From Eledone cirrhosa (Eukaryota): 64,000 nt of DNA. A model generated the notes under the pieces. That model was not told where the DNA came from and searched no databases. It saw nothing but the letters and a program-made list of their open reading frames with translations. The translations under genes and the position numbers were made by a program. Below are positions 1 to 12,253 of this stretch, one piece after another (positions within the stretch are counted from its first letter, which is position 1; every line of letters starts with the position of its first letter). The stretch lies in the NCBI GenBank assembly GCA_964016885.1, contig OZ024746.1, positions 71,114,001 through 71,178,000 of the forward strand, given 5' to 3'.

Positions 1-109
1 AATGGACGTCTCTGCTAACAGATTGCTAACTCTCCAATTTCTAAATATACATCACAATATTCTTGATGTGTGTCTGATGCCAACATGGCCGCCTTAAGCG
101 GATATTAAG

Positions 110-635
110 GATGTATGTATGTATGTATGTATGTATGTATGTATGTATGTATGTATGTATGTATGTATGTATGTATGTATGTATGTATGTATGTATGTAT
201 GTATGTATGTGTGTGTGTATGTATGTATGTATGTATGTATGTATGTATGTGTGTGTGCATATGTATGTATGTGTCTATGTATGTGTGCATGTATGTATGT
301 TTGTATGTATGTGTGTGTGTGTATATGTATGTATGCGTCTATGTATGTGTGTGTGTATGTATGTATGTGTATGTATGTATGTATGTATGTATGTATGTAT
401 GTATGTATGTATGTATGTGTGTGTATGTGTGTATGTATATATGTATGTATGTGTGTGTGCGTATGTATGTATGTATGTATGTATGTATGTATGTATGTAT
501 GTATGTATGTGTGTGTGTGTATGTGTGTGTATGTATGTATGTATGTGTGTTTGTATGAATGTATGTATATGTTTGTATGTATGTGTATGTATGTATGTAT
601 GTATGTATGTATGTATGTGTGTGTGTGTATGTATA
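110..635. repeat. (TATG)n/(TG)n compound microsatellite
   Basis: Read directly. Confidence 0.95.
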
Positions 636-1009
636 TTATCTGGTTTTATAATTTAACAAAGTTTTACCAATAGAGAGAGAGTCGGTTTCTAACATAGACA
701 CAAGACTCTCTCATTGGAATTTACACAACATCATGTATGTATGCATGCATGTGTAGATATGGATGTTATTGTATGTATGGATGTGTATGTTTTGAGTTGT
801 ATGTGTGCATGTGTATATGCTTTGTATCTGTACATGTGTATATGCAGTTATTAGATGCAAAATTTTTGGAATGTTTTACATATTTTTACTGTTCCATTAA
901 TGGATTGTATTTGTAATTTCCTAACTAGTTGTGTTCTTTCTGTTCCTGTGAAGCCTAGCTTCTCAAGATTTGTATTGAGGCAGTTACTAACATATCCCAG
1001 TGCAACCTG

Positions 1010-2190
1010 GTAACATGTATCCCTGTACAACCTGTCTCATGGTCGGGTCGTTGGCGACTAAACTGGCAACCCCACCAAGGTTTCCTGGTGAGGAGGGTGA
1101 CTTTGGACATCCTGCAGTACTAAAAACAAAACCTGTCAAAGGGCAAAGGAGCTCTTAAGAGTCAATGGCCATCCAAAATCACCGGGAGAGATGACCCCTT
1201 AGCCTTTGTCAAGGCATAATTCTAGGAGAAAGAAAACTCTGATATAACACCTGCAACTCTGATGGTATCCAATGATGTTGACTTGTTCTTCTTTTTGGTA
1301 AATATCATCTTGGTTAAGAGAGTGGGACTGGCTTTGTGCAGTGCCTTTGCTCACTATAAAAGCTTCACGGCACAGGCATTGCTTTATATCTGGAGATCTC
1401 TCTGCACTTGTCGTCACATGGTACCATGGGCCCAGCACTATGTGTCAATAATTGTCACAAGTGTAGTGTTTGTACCAGAGTTTTCAAGTTGCTGGTTGGA
1501 CTAAAAAGTCACACAATGCATGTATGTGTGTGTGTGTATGTATGTGTGTGTGTATATATGTGTGTGTGTATGTATGTGTGTGTATGTATGTATGTGTGTG
1601 TACGTATGTATGTATGTGTGTGTGTATGTATGTATGTGTGTGTATGTATATATGTATGTGTCTATGTGTGTGTGTGTATGTATGCGTGTGTGTGTATGTA
1701 TGTGTTTATGTATGTATGTGCGTATATATGTATGTTATGTCGGGTCACTCTTGAGTGCTACTGGTAACATGGAACTCAGTACAACCTGTCGCATGGTCAG
1801 GTCGCATGGTCAGGTCGCCGGCAACCCCACCAAGTTTAGTTGGTGAAGAGGGTGATTTTGGACACCCTGCAGGACAAAAAACAAAACCTGACAAAGGGCG
1901 GAAGAACTTATAAGAGTCAACGGCCATCGAAAAGTGTGTAAATATGTATATACACATGTACCGCGCGGTTAAACCACTGGGAGTAAAGGACCCCTAGCCT
2001 TTGTCAGGGCATTCTTCTAGAAAGCAACTCGGGAAACTGGGATAACTCCGATATAAAACCTGCGGCTCAGTAGTTACCAATGATGTTGATCTTTTCTTCT
2101 TTTTGGGTTATAGCTACTGTCGCTCAGAGAGTGGGATTGGCTCAGTGCACAGTCTTTTCTCACTTTAAAAAAGATCTTCGCGCACAGGCA
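1010..2190 (+). mobile_element. Two diverged copies of a non-coding repeat (1010-1400, 1760-2190; inverted copies at 8778-9250 and 46186-46500), possibly an RTE-related 5' region or derived SINE
   Basis: Shared CATGGTCGGGTCG..GGCAACCCCACCAAG..TGGTGAGGAGGGTGA block. The classification is tentative. Confidence 0.5.
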
Positions 2191-3283
2191 TTGCACGATA
2201 ACATTAATTAATAATTATTAATAATGGTATATCGTGCAATTGCCATACTCGATAACGAGGGGGCAGCCATCATATATGTATGTATGTGTCTATGAATGTG
2301 TGTGTATGTATGTGTGTATATGTGTATGTCTGTCTGTGTGTGTTTATGTATGTATGTATGTATGTATGTATGTATGTATGTATGTATGTGTGTGTACGTA
2401 TGTATGTACGTATGTACGTATGTATGTATGTATGTATGTATGTATGTATGTATGTATGTGTGTGTATATGTATGTATGTATGTGTGTGTATGTATGTATG
2501 TATGCATGCTGTATGTATGTATGTATGTATGTATGTATGTATGTATACATGTATGTGTGTGTGAGTATGTATGTAAGTATGTGTGTGTATGTATGTATGT
2601 GTGTGTGTATGTAAGTATGTATGTATGTATATATGTATGTATGTCCTTCTGGTATAATTATTTTATAAATGTTTACCAATAGAGAAAGAGCCGGTTTCTA
2701 ACACAGACACAAGATTCTTTGGAATTTAAACATCAACTAGGAAAATATCTATTCATGTCTGCAATCGTGTGTGTGTGTATGCCGGTATGGATGTCATTGT
2801 GTGTGTGAATCTGTATGATTTGAGGTATATGTACAGGTGCATTTATGTATGTATATTCTTCTGGTTTTATAATTTCACAAATGTTTGCCAATAGAGAGAG
2901 AGCCGGTTTCTAACATAGATACAAGACTCTCTCATTGGAATTTACACATCAACTTGGTAATATGTATGCATGTCTGCAAGCATGTATGTGTAGATATGGA
3001 TGTTATTGTATGTGTGGATGTGGATGTTTTGAATTATGTGTGTGCATGTGCATACGCTTTGTATCTGTACATGTGTATATGCAGTTATTAGATGCAAAAT
3101 TTTTGGAATGTTTTACATACTTTTACTGTTCCATTAATGGATTGTATTTGTAATTTCCTATATGCCGTGAGGCATGTTGTCCGACGCTCTACCGATACTG
3201 CCAATTCACTGTCCTTGTCTGTTCTTTTTTGTTCTCAGAAGTAGCCGTACTCGGACACCTGTTGGCTTTCTCTATGTATGTAT

Positions 3284-3826
3284 GTTCTGGTTTTATAATT
3301 TCACAATTTTTTTTTTGCCAATAGAGAGAGAGTCGGTTTCTAACATAGACACAATTCATTGGAATTTACACAACATCAACTAGGTAGATGTGTATGCATG
3401 TCTGCATGCATGTGTAGATATGGATGTGTATGTTTTGAGTTGTATGTGTGCATGTGTATATGCTTTGTATCTGTACATGTGTATATGCAGTTATTAGATG
3501 CAACGTTTTTGGAATATTTTACATATTCTTACTGTTCCATTAATGGATTGTACTTGTAATTTCCTAACTAGTTGTGTTCTTTCTGTTTCTGTGAAGCCTG
3601 GCTTCTCAAGATTTGTATTGAGGCAGTTACCAACATATCCCAGTGCCCCAATAATCACAGGCATAAATCTGAAGGTATAGTCAGGGTGGAGTATCTGCAG
3701 ATTTCTCATTAGTTCTGCGTAAATATTCTCCTTTTCGTTATTCTTTGATATTATATTGGCATCTGCTGGGCAGCTAACTTCCACTACTGTGCATGCCTTC
3801 TTTTCCCTGTCCCATATCATTATATC
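3284..3826 (-). mobile_element. 3' end of a restriction-like-endonuclease (R4/Dong-type) non-LTR retrotransposon; shorter copies at ~636-1005, 2645-2850, 2857-3160 and 40163-40505
   Basis: ORF 3494-3820 WDREKKACTVVEVSCP...KENIYAEL...PVIIGALG is an RLE domain C-terminus. The copies share a 3' UTR and abut TATG repeats. Confidence 0.8.
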
Positions 3827-4221
3827 ATTACTATGTATGTATATTTAACTATGTATGCATGTATATATGACATTATTATTTTACCTTTTTCAGTCATTAG
3901 GTTGCGGCCATGCTGGGGCACCGCATTGAAGGTTGATCCTATCACCCCTAGTATTTATATTTTTCATCTAGTACTCTTTTTGTCGAACCACTAAGTTACG
4001 GGACACAAATATGCAGTAAATGTAAACACTGATGCACACACATACACACATGCAGACACACATATACGCACGCACACGCACATACACTCACGCACATACG
4101 CACACACGCATACAAACATACACACGAAATACATTCTATCTGCACACACATAATAGTACTAATGGTAGACCCCGAACTCTTTACCTCGCCCTCCCCCCCA
4201 TATATATATATATATATATAT

Positions 4222-4423
4222 CAGATAGGGTGTGGTAAATTACCAGGTGGGCCATAACCTACCAGAGTACTCGATACTTGGGGTAGTAGAGTGGGTAATA
4301 TGAAAAGATTCAGGACCCCGACAGTTGAACTCCGGTCGTTTCGGCGCTAGATCCGAGCTAAAGCGCATTAGTTCGGATCTAGCGCCGAAACGACCGGAGT
4401 TCAACCGTCGGGGTCCTGAATCT

Positions 4424-4484
<61 letters not shown>

Positions 4485-4649
4485 AAAAAGCCGTTTCGAC
4501 GGCTATTTCTGAGTCCAGAAATAGCCGTCGAAACGGCTTGAGCTCTGCCGTCGGGGGTCAAACATTTTCCTATTACCCACTCTACTACCCTAAGTATTGC
4601 GTACTCTGGTGTGTTATGGTCCATCTGGTTCCTTACCACACCTACTTCG

Positions 4650-4650
<1 letters not shown>
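4222..4650. mobile_element. Two copies of a ~200-bp TA-flanked hairpin element family (further copies at 17945-18137, 37229-37428, 42128-42284, 49501-49706, 63212-63408)
   Basis: Shared arm GCCGTCGAAACGGCTTGAGCTC(A/T)GCCGTCGGGGTC...CTCTACTACCCTAAGTATTGAGTACT...TTATGGTCCA, preceded by its own inverted truncated copy. Confidence 0.85.
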
Positions 4651-4716
<66 letters not shown>

Positions 4717-5446
4717 GAAAGATTAAAAGAGCAAAGTAAGGCAGTTGTTAATCCATTGTCTTACGATCGTTTCAGTTGACTATAATGCACAAGTTAATTG
4801 ACGGTCCATTGCTAAATTTATTCCACAAGACTCAGAAGGCACGTCCTCTTTGTTGGTTTCGTTCAGAAACAAAGGATTTAATTTTTATTAATTAAATAAA
4901 CGTCGAAAGATCACATACAAGAGGAAATAAAAAATATTTCAGAAATCTGTAAAAATATCTATTTGAGAAGAATGTATATCATAAGGTGTAATTAGATCCA
5001 TCCAAAATATAGAGCAAATGAGTCATATATTAAGGCAAACACACCATTATAAAGACAAAGATAACAAGGACGACCTAAATTTGACTGGTCACATCATATT
5101 ATCAAAGGCCGAAGTCAAATAGGAGTATGTGAAGGTCAGATAGATTGTATACTCTCCTCATACACATAGTAAATACACATACAGAAATATACACAGAGAA
5201 TATAGACACATACATAAAGGCATTCATATATAGATGCTCACACACATGTTTGTATGTCTCTGGCCCTCCGCGCGCTCTCTCTATATATATATCGAAGCTT
5301 ATAATATGGAGCATAACTACCATAGATTAGTGACTATATCGATTTATCGTGATATAATCCACCTTTTGAAACGATCGTAAAACAGTGAACTGATTAAACA
5401 CTATGCTTTGCTTTTCGTTTTCGTAGTTCAAGACACACACACAGAG

Positions 5447-5590
<144 letters not shown>

Positions 5591-5699
5591 AGATTTACAT
5601 ATACACAAACTAGACAAAGTCACAGATATATATGTTTTGGCAACCATTCACGATGAGGCTCAATGATGAATTAATAAATTTAATAATCAGAGCAATATA

Positions 5700-6268
5700 C
5701 TATAAAGTATATCCATAGAATCATTTAATAATATAGACACACCATTTCCTCTCCCAATTAGCATAATTAACCACGCAAAAAATCAATTAGACCAGGCTAT
5801 AAGATTAAAAGGCACCTATAAAGAAATAGATAAATAAACTACAGCAATCTCTTCGCGACCAACCGCCATAGAATATTTACCCAACATTTCAACAGCACGT
5901 GGAAATCGATTAAATATACCGTCAACCATACACAATTAGGTATACAATTGAAATTAGAAGAAAATATGCATATACACATACCAGGATTGATCCTGGTATG
6001 TGTATATGCATTTTTTCTTCTAATTTCAATTTTATACCTAATTGTGTATGGTTGACGGTATATTTAATCGATTTCCACGTGCTGTTGAAATGTTGGGTAA
6101 ATATTCTATGGCGGTTGGTCGCGAAGAGATTGCTGTAGTTTATTTATCTATTTCTTCATAGGTGCCTTTTAATCTTATAGCCTGGTCTAATTGATTTTTT
6201 GTGTGGTTAATTATGCTAATTGGGAGAGGAAATGGTGTATATATATTATCAAATGATTCTATGGACAT

Positions 6269-6276
<8 letters not shown>
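5700..6276. repeat. ~575-bp palindrome next to (TA)n
   Basis: Centre CATACCAGGATTGATCCTGGTATG near 5988; ~285-bp arms with few mismatches. Confidence 0.9.
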
Positions 6277-6333
<57 letters not shown>

Positions 6334-6392
6334 AGGGAGTGTAACGCGGAGTTACTGTAGGTTCACCCGGGTCAGCACTGTCAATACTACCA

Positions 6393-6486
6393 AAGATGTC
6401 CGACGAGCCATTGATTCCAGAGTCGGGCTAGATCGATACAGATCGAACCTTGAGCTGATCAATAGCGAAACGCGCATCACCAACCA
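6393..6486 (+). ncRNA. Decayed hammerhead-like motif in a TA-flanked element
   Basis: CCGACGA 6400-6406, stem II GCcATTGAT/ATCAATaGC, GAAA-CGCGCA-TC. Stem I is poor. Confidence 0.35.
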
Positions 6487-6751
6487 ATAAACGTAATGAA
6501 GGAGTAACCATTCGTCCTTGTTTTATTATATTATATATATATATAAGGGCGGTGGATTGGGAGTATCGGTAGAGGGTCGGACGCCATGCTTTGCAGTAAA
6601 GAGTTACAACCCTTTATGGTCTGAGTTCAAATCTCACCGAGGTTAACTTTGCCTTTCGTCCTTACGGGGTCGAAAAAAATCAAGTACCAGTAATACACTG
6701 GGTTAATTGCTGGCCTTGTGCCAAAAGTAGAAACAATTATATATATATATA

Positions 6752-6805
<54 letters not shown>

Positions 6806-7013
6806 CGTGTAGTTGAATTTCGTAATAAATATCCAAAGCTGGTAGACTACTCAATCCGGGGGACGAGTTGTGTAATATGAAATTTTTTATTAGTTCAACA
6901 TTACATTTTTCGAATACACGTGTTTCACTGGGCAGATCTAATATACCCTCTCGCTTAAACACGTGCATTCGGAAAACGTATAGATGATGGAATGAAACAT
7001 TATATGAATACAT

Positions 7014-7112
<99 letters not shown>

Positions 7113-7421
7113 ATACATTAACAGAGAAAGCTTTAAGCAATACTCCGACCGGCTTCCGTCTCACTCAACAAACATTAGGTTATACCTTAGTATAATCCCA
7201 ATTTTACGTTTGGGGTGCTAACTATACGTATTTTGCGGATAGCCAGTTGTATTATTTTATATGAGACATAATTAAAATACATCTCTCTTTCCAAACAATT
7301 GTTTCATTATAAGTTTTCTACAAATTGGGAAAATAATGTCCAGGTTATGTAGAAGCCTACACATAGTCTGTAGGAATATATGTAGGTGGGCACTTATAAA
7401 TCATCAGTGGATGCCGACAAA

Positions 7422-7563
7422 TTAAAATAACAGATTAAAGTTTAAGCAAAGAATCGCTGCTTTCACCCTTAACGGGATCTTCTGAAACTTTCAGAAGTTT
7501 CAGAAGATCCCGTTAAGGGTGAAAGCAGCGATTCTTTGCTTAAACTTTAATCTGTTATTTTAA
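7422..7563. repeat. ~140-bp palindrome inside TA-flanked element 7110-7657
   Basis: Arms TTAAAATAACAGATT...CTGAAACT / AGTTTCAG...AATCTGTTATTTTAA. Other pieces of the element recur at 29668-29800, 45938-45995, 46085-46140 and 47638-47720. Confidence 0.88.
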
Positions 7564-7653
7564 TAAATATTTGCTCTACGGTTCTTATATATTTAATATA
7601 TATTTATCCTTATCGAGCCCTCTTTGGATTTTAGTCTTCAAATTTATTATTAT

Positions 7654-7711
<58 letters not shown>

Positions 7712-7789
7712 TATCCAGGGGACTCCAACCGTGAAGGTTGCATTTTTTCAGGGTATGTCAATATTTATTTATAAAACTAATCTATATTA

Positions 7790-7855
7790 TATTTTATCTG
7801 ATGAAAGCGCACCATAATCTGCTTTGGTGGCCCTTGAAATATGTATAATGTAATA
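7790..7855 (+). ncRNA. Type I hammerhead motif, partly decayed
   Basis: CTGATGA 7798-7804, stem II AAG..ACCA/TGGT..CTT, GAAA 7836-7839, TATGTA-TA. Stem I is imperfect and AT-rich. Confidence 0.55.
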
Positions 7856-7886
7856 AATATGGTTTTATAAATATAGTTTCCATTTG

Positions 7887-7945
<59 letters not shown>

Positions 7946-7978
7946 GAAAATTACAAACTTGACTGTCACCACTGAATA

Positions 7979-8017
7979 TGAACCTGAAGATTGCGAAAGC
8001 ATGAAAGTACTTGTTCA
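7979..8017 (+). ncRNA. Minimal type I hammerhead motif, family C
   Basis: TGAAC-CTGAAGA-tTGC GAAA GCAt-GAAA-GTAC-TT-GTTCA. 5-bp stem I, GAAA-capped stem II, palindromic GTAC loop. Confidence 0.75.
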
Positions 8018-8132
8018 ATTAACACTGAACATTTAATATTCTGCCATACTATTTCATTCTAATACCATTATAAATTTTAAAGGATTGTAAATAAAACGAG
8101 TAAATCAGACAAAGTTGGAATTCCTTTTATTA

Positions 8133-8162
<30 letters not shown>

Positions 8163-8164
<2 letters not shown>

Positions 8165-8287
8165 GAACGGGAATAATTTTCCTTCATCAGTTGTCTGCTG
8201 GGGATCATGGATATTTCTATGCATTAAAGACAAGATATTCATGATCCCCAGCAGACAACTGATGAAGGAAAATTATCCCCCGTTCGT
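8163..8287. repeat. ~125-bp palindrome
   Basis: ACGAACGGGAATAATTTTCCTTCATCAG... mirrored by ...CTGATGAAGGAAAATTATCCCCCGTTCGT. Confidence 0.85.
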
Positions 8288-8344
8288 GCTTTCCTCTTAT
8301 TTATAAATTACCTTATGCAGCAACTACACAGCCCCTGTTTCTTC

Positions 8345-8394
<50 letters not shown>

Positions 8395-8474
8395 GGAAAA
8401 ATTTGAACAGGAACAAAACAGAGAGGCAGTACAACGAATGTTTATTAATTTCACGCTCTGGAGAGTGGGGTAGT

Positions 8475-8540
<66 letters not shown>

Positions 8541-9877
8541 TCGTCACAGACAGACGAATGCGAGAAAGTTCTCCAACCCAAGTTAACCAGGAATCTTTAA
8601 AATTCTTCCCGCCGAAGTTAACAAAGAAGTTACTGGATCTACCAACTCATAATATTATAAAATTAAATCAAAAATTTTTTAACACTGCAAGTGAAGTCAT
8701 TCTTTTCTTTTTTTAAAAATATACCTAACTGTACGAAAGATCTCACACATTTTCCAATATATATATGTATATATATGATGGCTGCAAACCCTGCTAAGAG
8801 TATTGAAATCGTTTGTCAGATTATAGAGTTTGGTGCACTTTTAGGCTACGGCCAGCCACACAAACCTGTAACAGATCCTGAACAAGCAATGCCTGTGATT
8901 TGAAGGTTTTTTAAGTGGGGAAAGGCCTTGCACTCGACCAATCCAACTCTCTGAGCATCGAAAACACTACTCGAAAAGGAGAACTCGTCAACATCATCGG
9001 ATGCGTGTGAAGCCGCAGGTTTTTTTTTTCAGAGTTTCCCTCTCCTATGAAGGTGTTGTGATAACAACTGTAGCCCTTTCACTCCCAGGACGAAAAAAAA
9101 AAAGTACTATTTGAATGGCCGTTGACTGCTGAGTTCCTCTGTCCATTGCCCGGTCTTATATTTCATCCCGCAGGGTATCCAAATATCACCCTCCTCACCA
9201 AGCAAGCTTGGTGGAGTTGCCGGTTTAGTCGCCGACGACCCGACCATGTAAAACATATATAACATTTATCTATTATTTCTTCAAAGTTGCATTTTAAACT
9301 TATCTCCGTTTAAATGCTTATTTATCTAGTTATTTTTTACGGACTAGTATGAAGAAAAATTAGGTGAATTTTATTTGACCGTTCTTCAAACTTATAATTT
9401 TAATATAGCTCTGATTAATAATTATTTATTTAATTCATTCATCAAGCCACACCGTTGAAGGTAACCAACGCTCATATTGGCAGTATCGGTAGAGGGTCGG
9501 ACGCCATGCTTTGACGTATAGAGTTACGGCCCTTGCCATTCTAAGTTCAAATCCCGCCAAGGTTAACTTTGCCTTTCATCCTTACGGGGTCGATAAAATA
9601 AAGTACCAGTAATGCACTGGGTAATTGCTGGCCTTGTGCCTAACGTAGAAACAATTATGTTTAAATATATATATATTTTATGACTTTGTTCTATACTCCT
9701 TTACGGTTGAGTAAACTTTAGGCGGTAACTAACTGCTTTTTCTAGCAATGAACTTACTTGCCACCGGTCTACCTATCACAACAATTCCATCTTGAGTGCT
9801 AGCCACGCGATGATTTTCACCCCTTTTGAATTCGTTACTGACGGCGATCACTTTGGAAATTTCGGTCCTAGCTGAGA

Positions 9878-9964
9878 GTCTTTTGATAAGCTCGAAGCCT
9901 CATGGATAATGCAACGATTAGACATTTCTATAAAGTACGAGCGAAACTATCGACAGAGTAAGAT
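9878..9964 (+). ncRNA. Hammerhead motif with U3-A8 covariant core
   Basis: GTCTt-TTGATAA-GCTCG...CGAGC-GAAA-CT atcgacag AG-TA-AGAT. Confidence 0.5.
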
Positions 9965-10742
9965 TTATCTATTATTTCTTTAAGCTTACATTTTAAACTT
10001 AGCTCCGTTTAAATGATTATATCTCTACTTAATTTCTATGGACTAAGAAGAAAAATTAGGTAAGTCTGATCTGACTGACTGTTCTTCATAAAGGAATATC
10101 CATAACATTTATCTATTATTTCTTAAAAGTTGAATTTTAAACTTATTTCCGTTTAAATGATTATTTAGCTAGTTAATTTCTACAGGCTATGAAGGAAAAT
10201 TAGGTAAATTTTATCAGATAAATTATATATATATATTATATATAATTATATATATATATTATATATAAATTATATATATATATATAGAGAGAGAATAAGG
10301 AAAAGCGAAGTAGTTTCAGATGTTCAAGTCCTTTAATAATAATTGTTTCTACTTTAGGCACAAGGCCAGCAATTATCCAGTGCATTACTGGTACTTTATT
10401 TTATCGACCTCGTAAGGATGAAAGGCTAAGTCAACCTCGGTGGGATTTGAACTCAGATCGTAAAGGGACGTAACTATGCTTCAAAGCATGGCGTCCGACT
10501 CTCTACCGATACTGCCAATCTACCGCCCTAGTCCTTTAATAATAATTGTTTCTACTTTAGGCACAAGGCCAGCAATTATCCAGTGCATTACTGGTACTTT
10601 ATTTTATCGACCCCGTAAGGATGAAAGGCAAAGTCAACCTCGGCGGGATTTGAACTCAGATCGTAAAGGGACGTAACTATGCTGGAAAGCATGGCGTCCG
10701 ACCCTCTACCGATACTGCCAATCCACCGCCTTTAATAATAAT

Positions 10743-10816
10743 GCTGTGATATATATTTCAATGACGACACTGGCCACACTGTTCTGTGTGCGAGTGTCGT
10801 GACATCATCAGACAGC
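10743..10816 (-). ncRNA. Type I hammerhead ribozyme motif, family A, inverted copy
   Basis: Reverse complement of 12180-12253. Confidence 0.82.
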
Positions 10817-11559
10817 TTGTTACATAATAAGGTTATGTTTCCGAGGCAATCCAAATAGAATCGACATGGGAACGGATGAAGTGTGTGCTTTTGGGTTCTT
10901 CATCCGTTCCCCTGTGAGTACCAATTCACCCCCACCGGTCTGCGCAGGCGCATGTCCGAAGGAAGTTGACCATTAGCTACCGCAGATTTCAACGAAATTC
11001 GCTTAGTCACTTCACCCTCTCAGCCAAACAATGGCCCACTTAGGCCTGTACCATAGTTTACTGCTACCCATCCCGAATGTGGCAGTCAGCCGAAAGCCAG
11101 AGGGGATGGGAGAGTGTTAGTTTATACAGGTCACAATACTACCTCTCACCAAGCGTGGACAGTACGACTGACCATCAACTCATAAGAGAAAATAAACTTA
11201 ATTCTAGGTATCATGGTTTTACATTGGAAGTTAAGAGTGAGAGTTGGAAATAAAAATTAAAATCCTAAATCAAATATCAGAAATTATAGATTAAACAATT
11301 AAAAAATTAACAATTAGAAATAAAAAAATTTTCAAGTGAGAATCCGGATTGAGGTAAGTAAAAAAATATAGATTGAAGTGAGTAAATAATATGGAGAGAG
11401 ATGTTTAAGTAAGAAGTTCTGAGAGGGGTTCTAATGTCACAGCTACTCTATCCACATATTGAACGACAGTGCCGTACATTAGAACGGAGGGTAAACTACA
11501 GTATTCAAGGCAGTAGTCAATTTGGATTGCCTCGGAAGCATAACCTTATTATGTAACAA

Positions 11560-11633
11560 GCTGTCTGATGATGTCACAACACTCGCACACAGAACAGTGT
11601 GGCCAGTGTCGTCATTGAAATATATATCACAGC
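11560..11633 (+). ncRNA. Type I hammerhead ribozyme motif, family A, copy 1
   Basis: Stem I GCTGT/ACAGC, core CTGATGA (11565-11571), extended stem II, GAAA (11617-11620), palindromic TATATA stem III, ATC triplet with predicted cut after C11628. Confidence 0.8.
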
Positions 11634-12179
11634 ATTATTATTAAAGGACTTGAACATCTGAAACTACTTCGCTTTTCCTTATTCTATATTTACTCCGTCA
11701 CTCCTATGTGGAAAAAGTACGTTGAGTGCTTGAATTGAATTGCATCAATGTTTACCCTAATAATTTAGCTCCAATTAGTTGAGCGCTCTATGATGTAACC
11801 GATATGGTGGAGAAGAGAGGAACCAACCATGAGCTACCCCTGCAAATTCCCTCTACCATGGGGATGGAAACCCCTGACACTGGACGGACATAATAGTAAC
11901 TTTCGGCAGGATAAATACGCGGAAACAAAAACTAAGATAAACCCCTATTTTCCTGCACCAAATCGCATTTGAACAGAAGCCCCCTCAATTCAATCTATGC
12001 ATTGACAGATTGACAATCATATGGATCATTTTGCATATATGTACTCTGTGTTTTTGCATTTATCCATTATTGGTTCTTTTCTTTTGTGACGGATGAAGAA
12101 CCCAAAAGCACACACTTCATCCGTTCCCATGTCGATTCAATTTGGATTGCCTCGGAAACATAACCTTATTATGTAACAA

Positions 12180-12253
12180 GCTGTCTGATGATGTCACGAC
12201 ACTCGCACACAGAACAGTGTGGCCAGTGTCGTCATTGAAATATATATCACAGC
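12180..12253 (+). ncRNA. Type I hammerhead ribozyme motif, family A, copy 2 (620 nt downstream of copy 1)
   Basis: GCTGT-CTGATGA-stem II (ACGACACT/AGTGTCGT)-GAAA-TATATA-TC-ACAGC. Confidence 0.82.

Noticed and set aside
7495-7545. CAGAAGA-stem-GAAA hammerhead-like string (also at 45943)
   Set aside because: U4A core and no stem I pairing.
8259-8290. CTGATGAAGG boxes here and at 48445(-) and 49888
   Set aside because: No properly placed stem II-GAAA-NUH follows.
9185-9250. Possible HDV-like ribozyme in the RTE-related repeat (CCTCCTC loop-like string)
   Set aside because: Could not build the nested double pseudoknot by eye; needs a covariance-model search.
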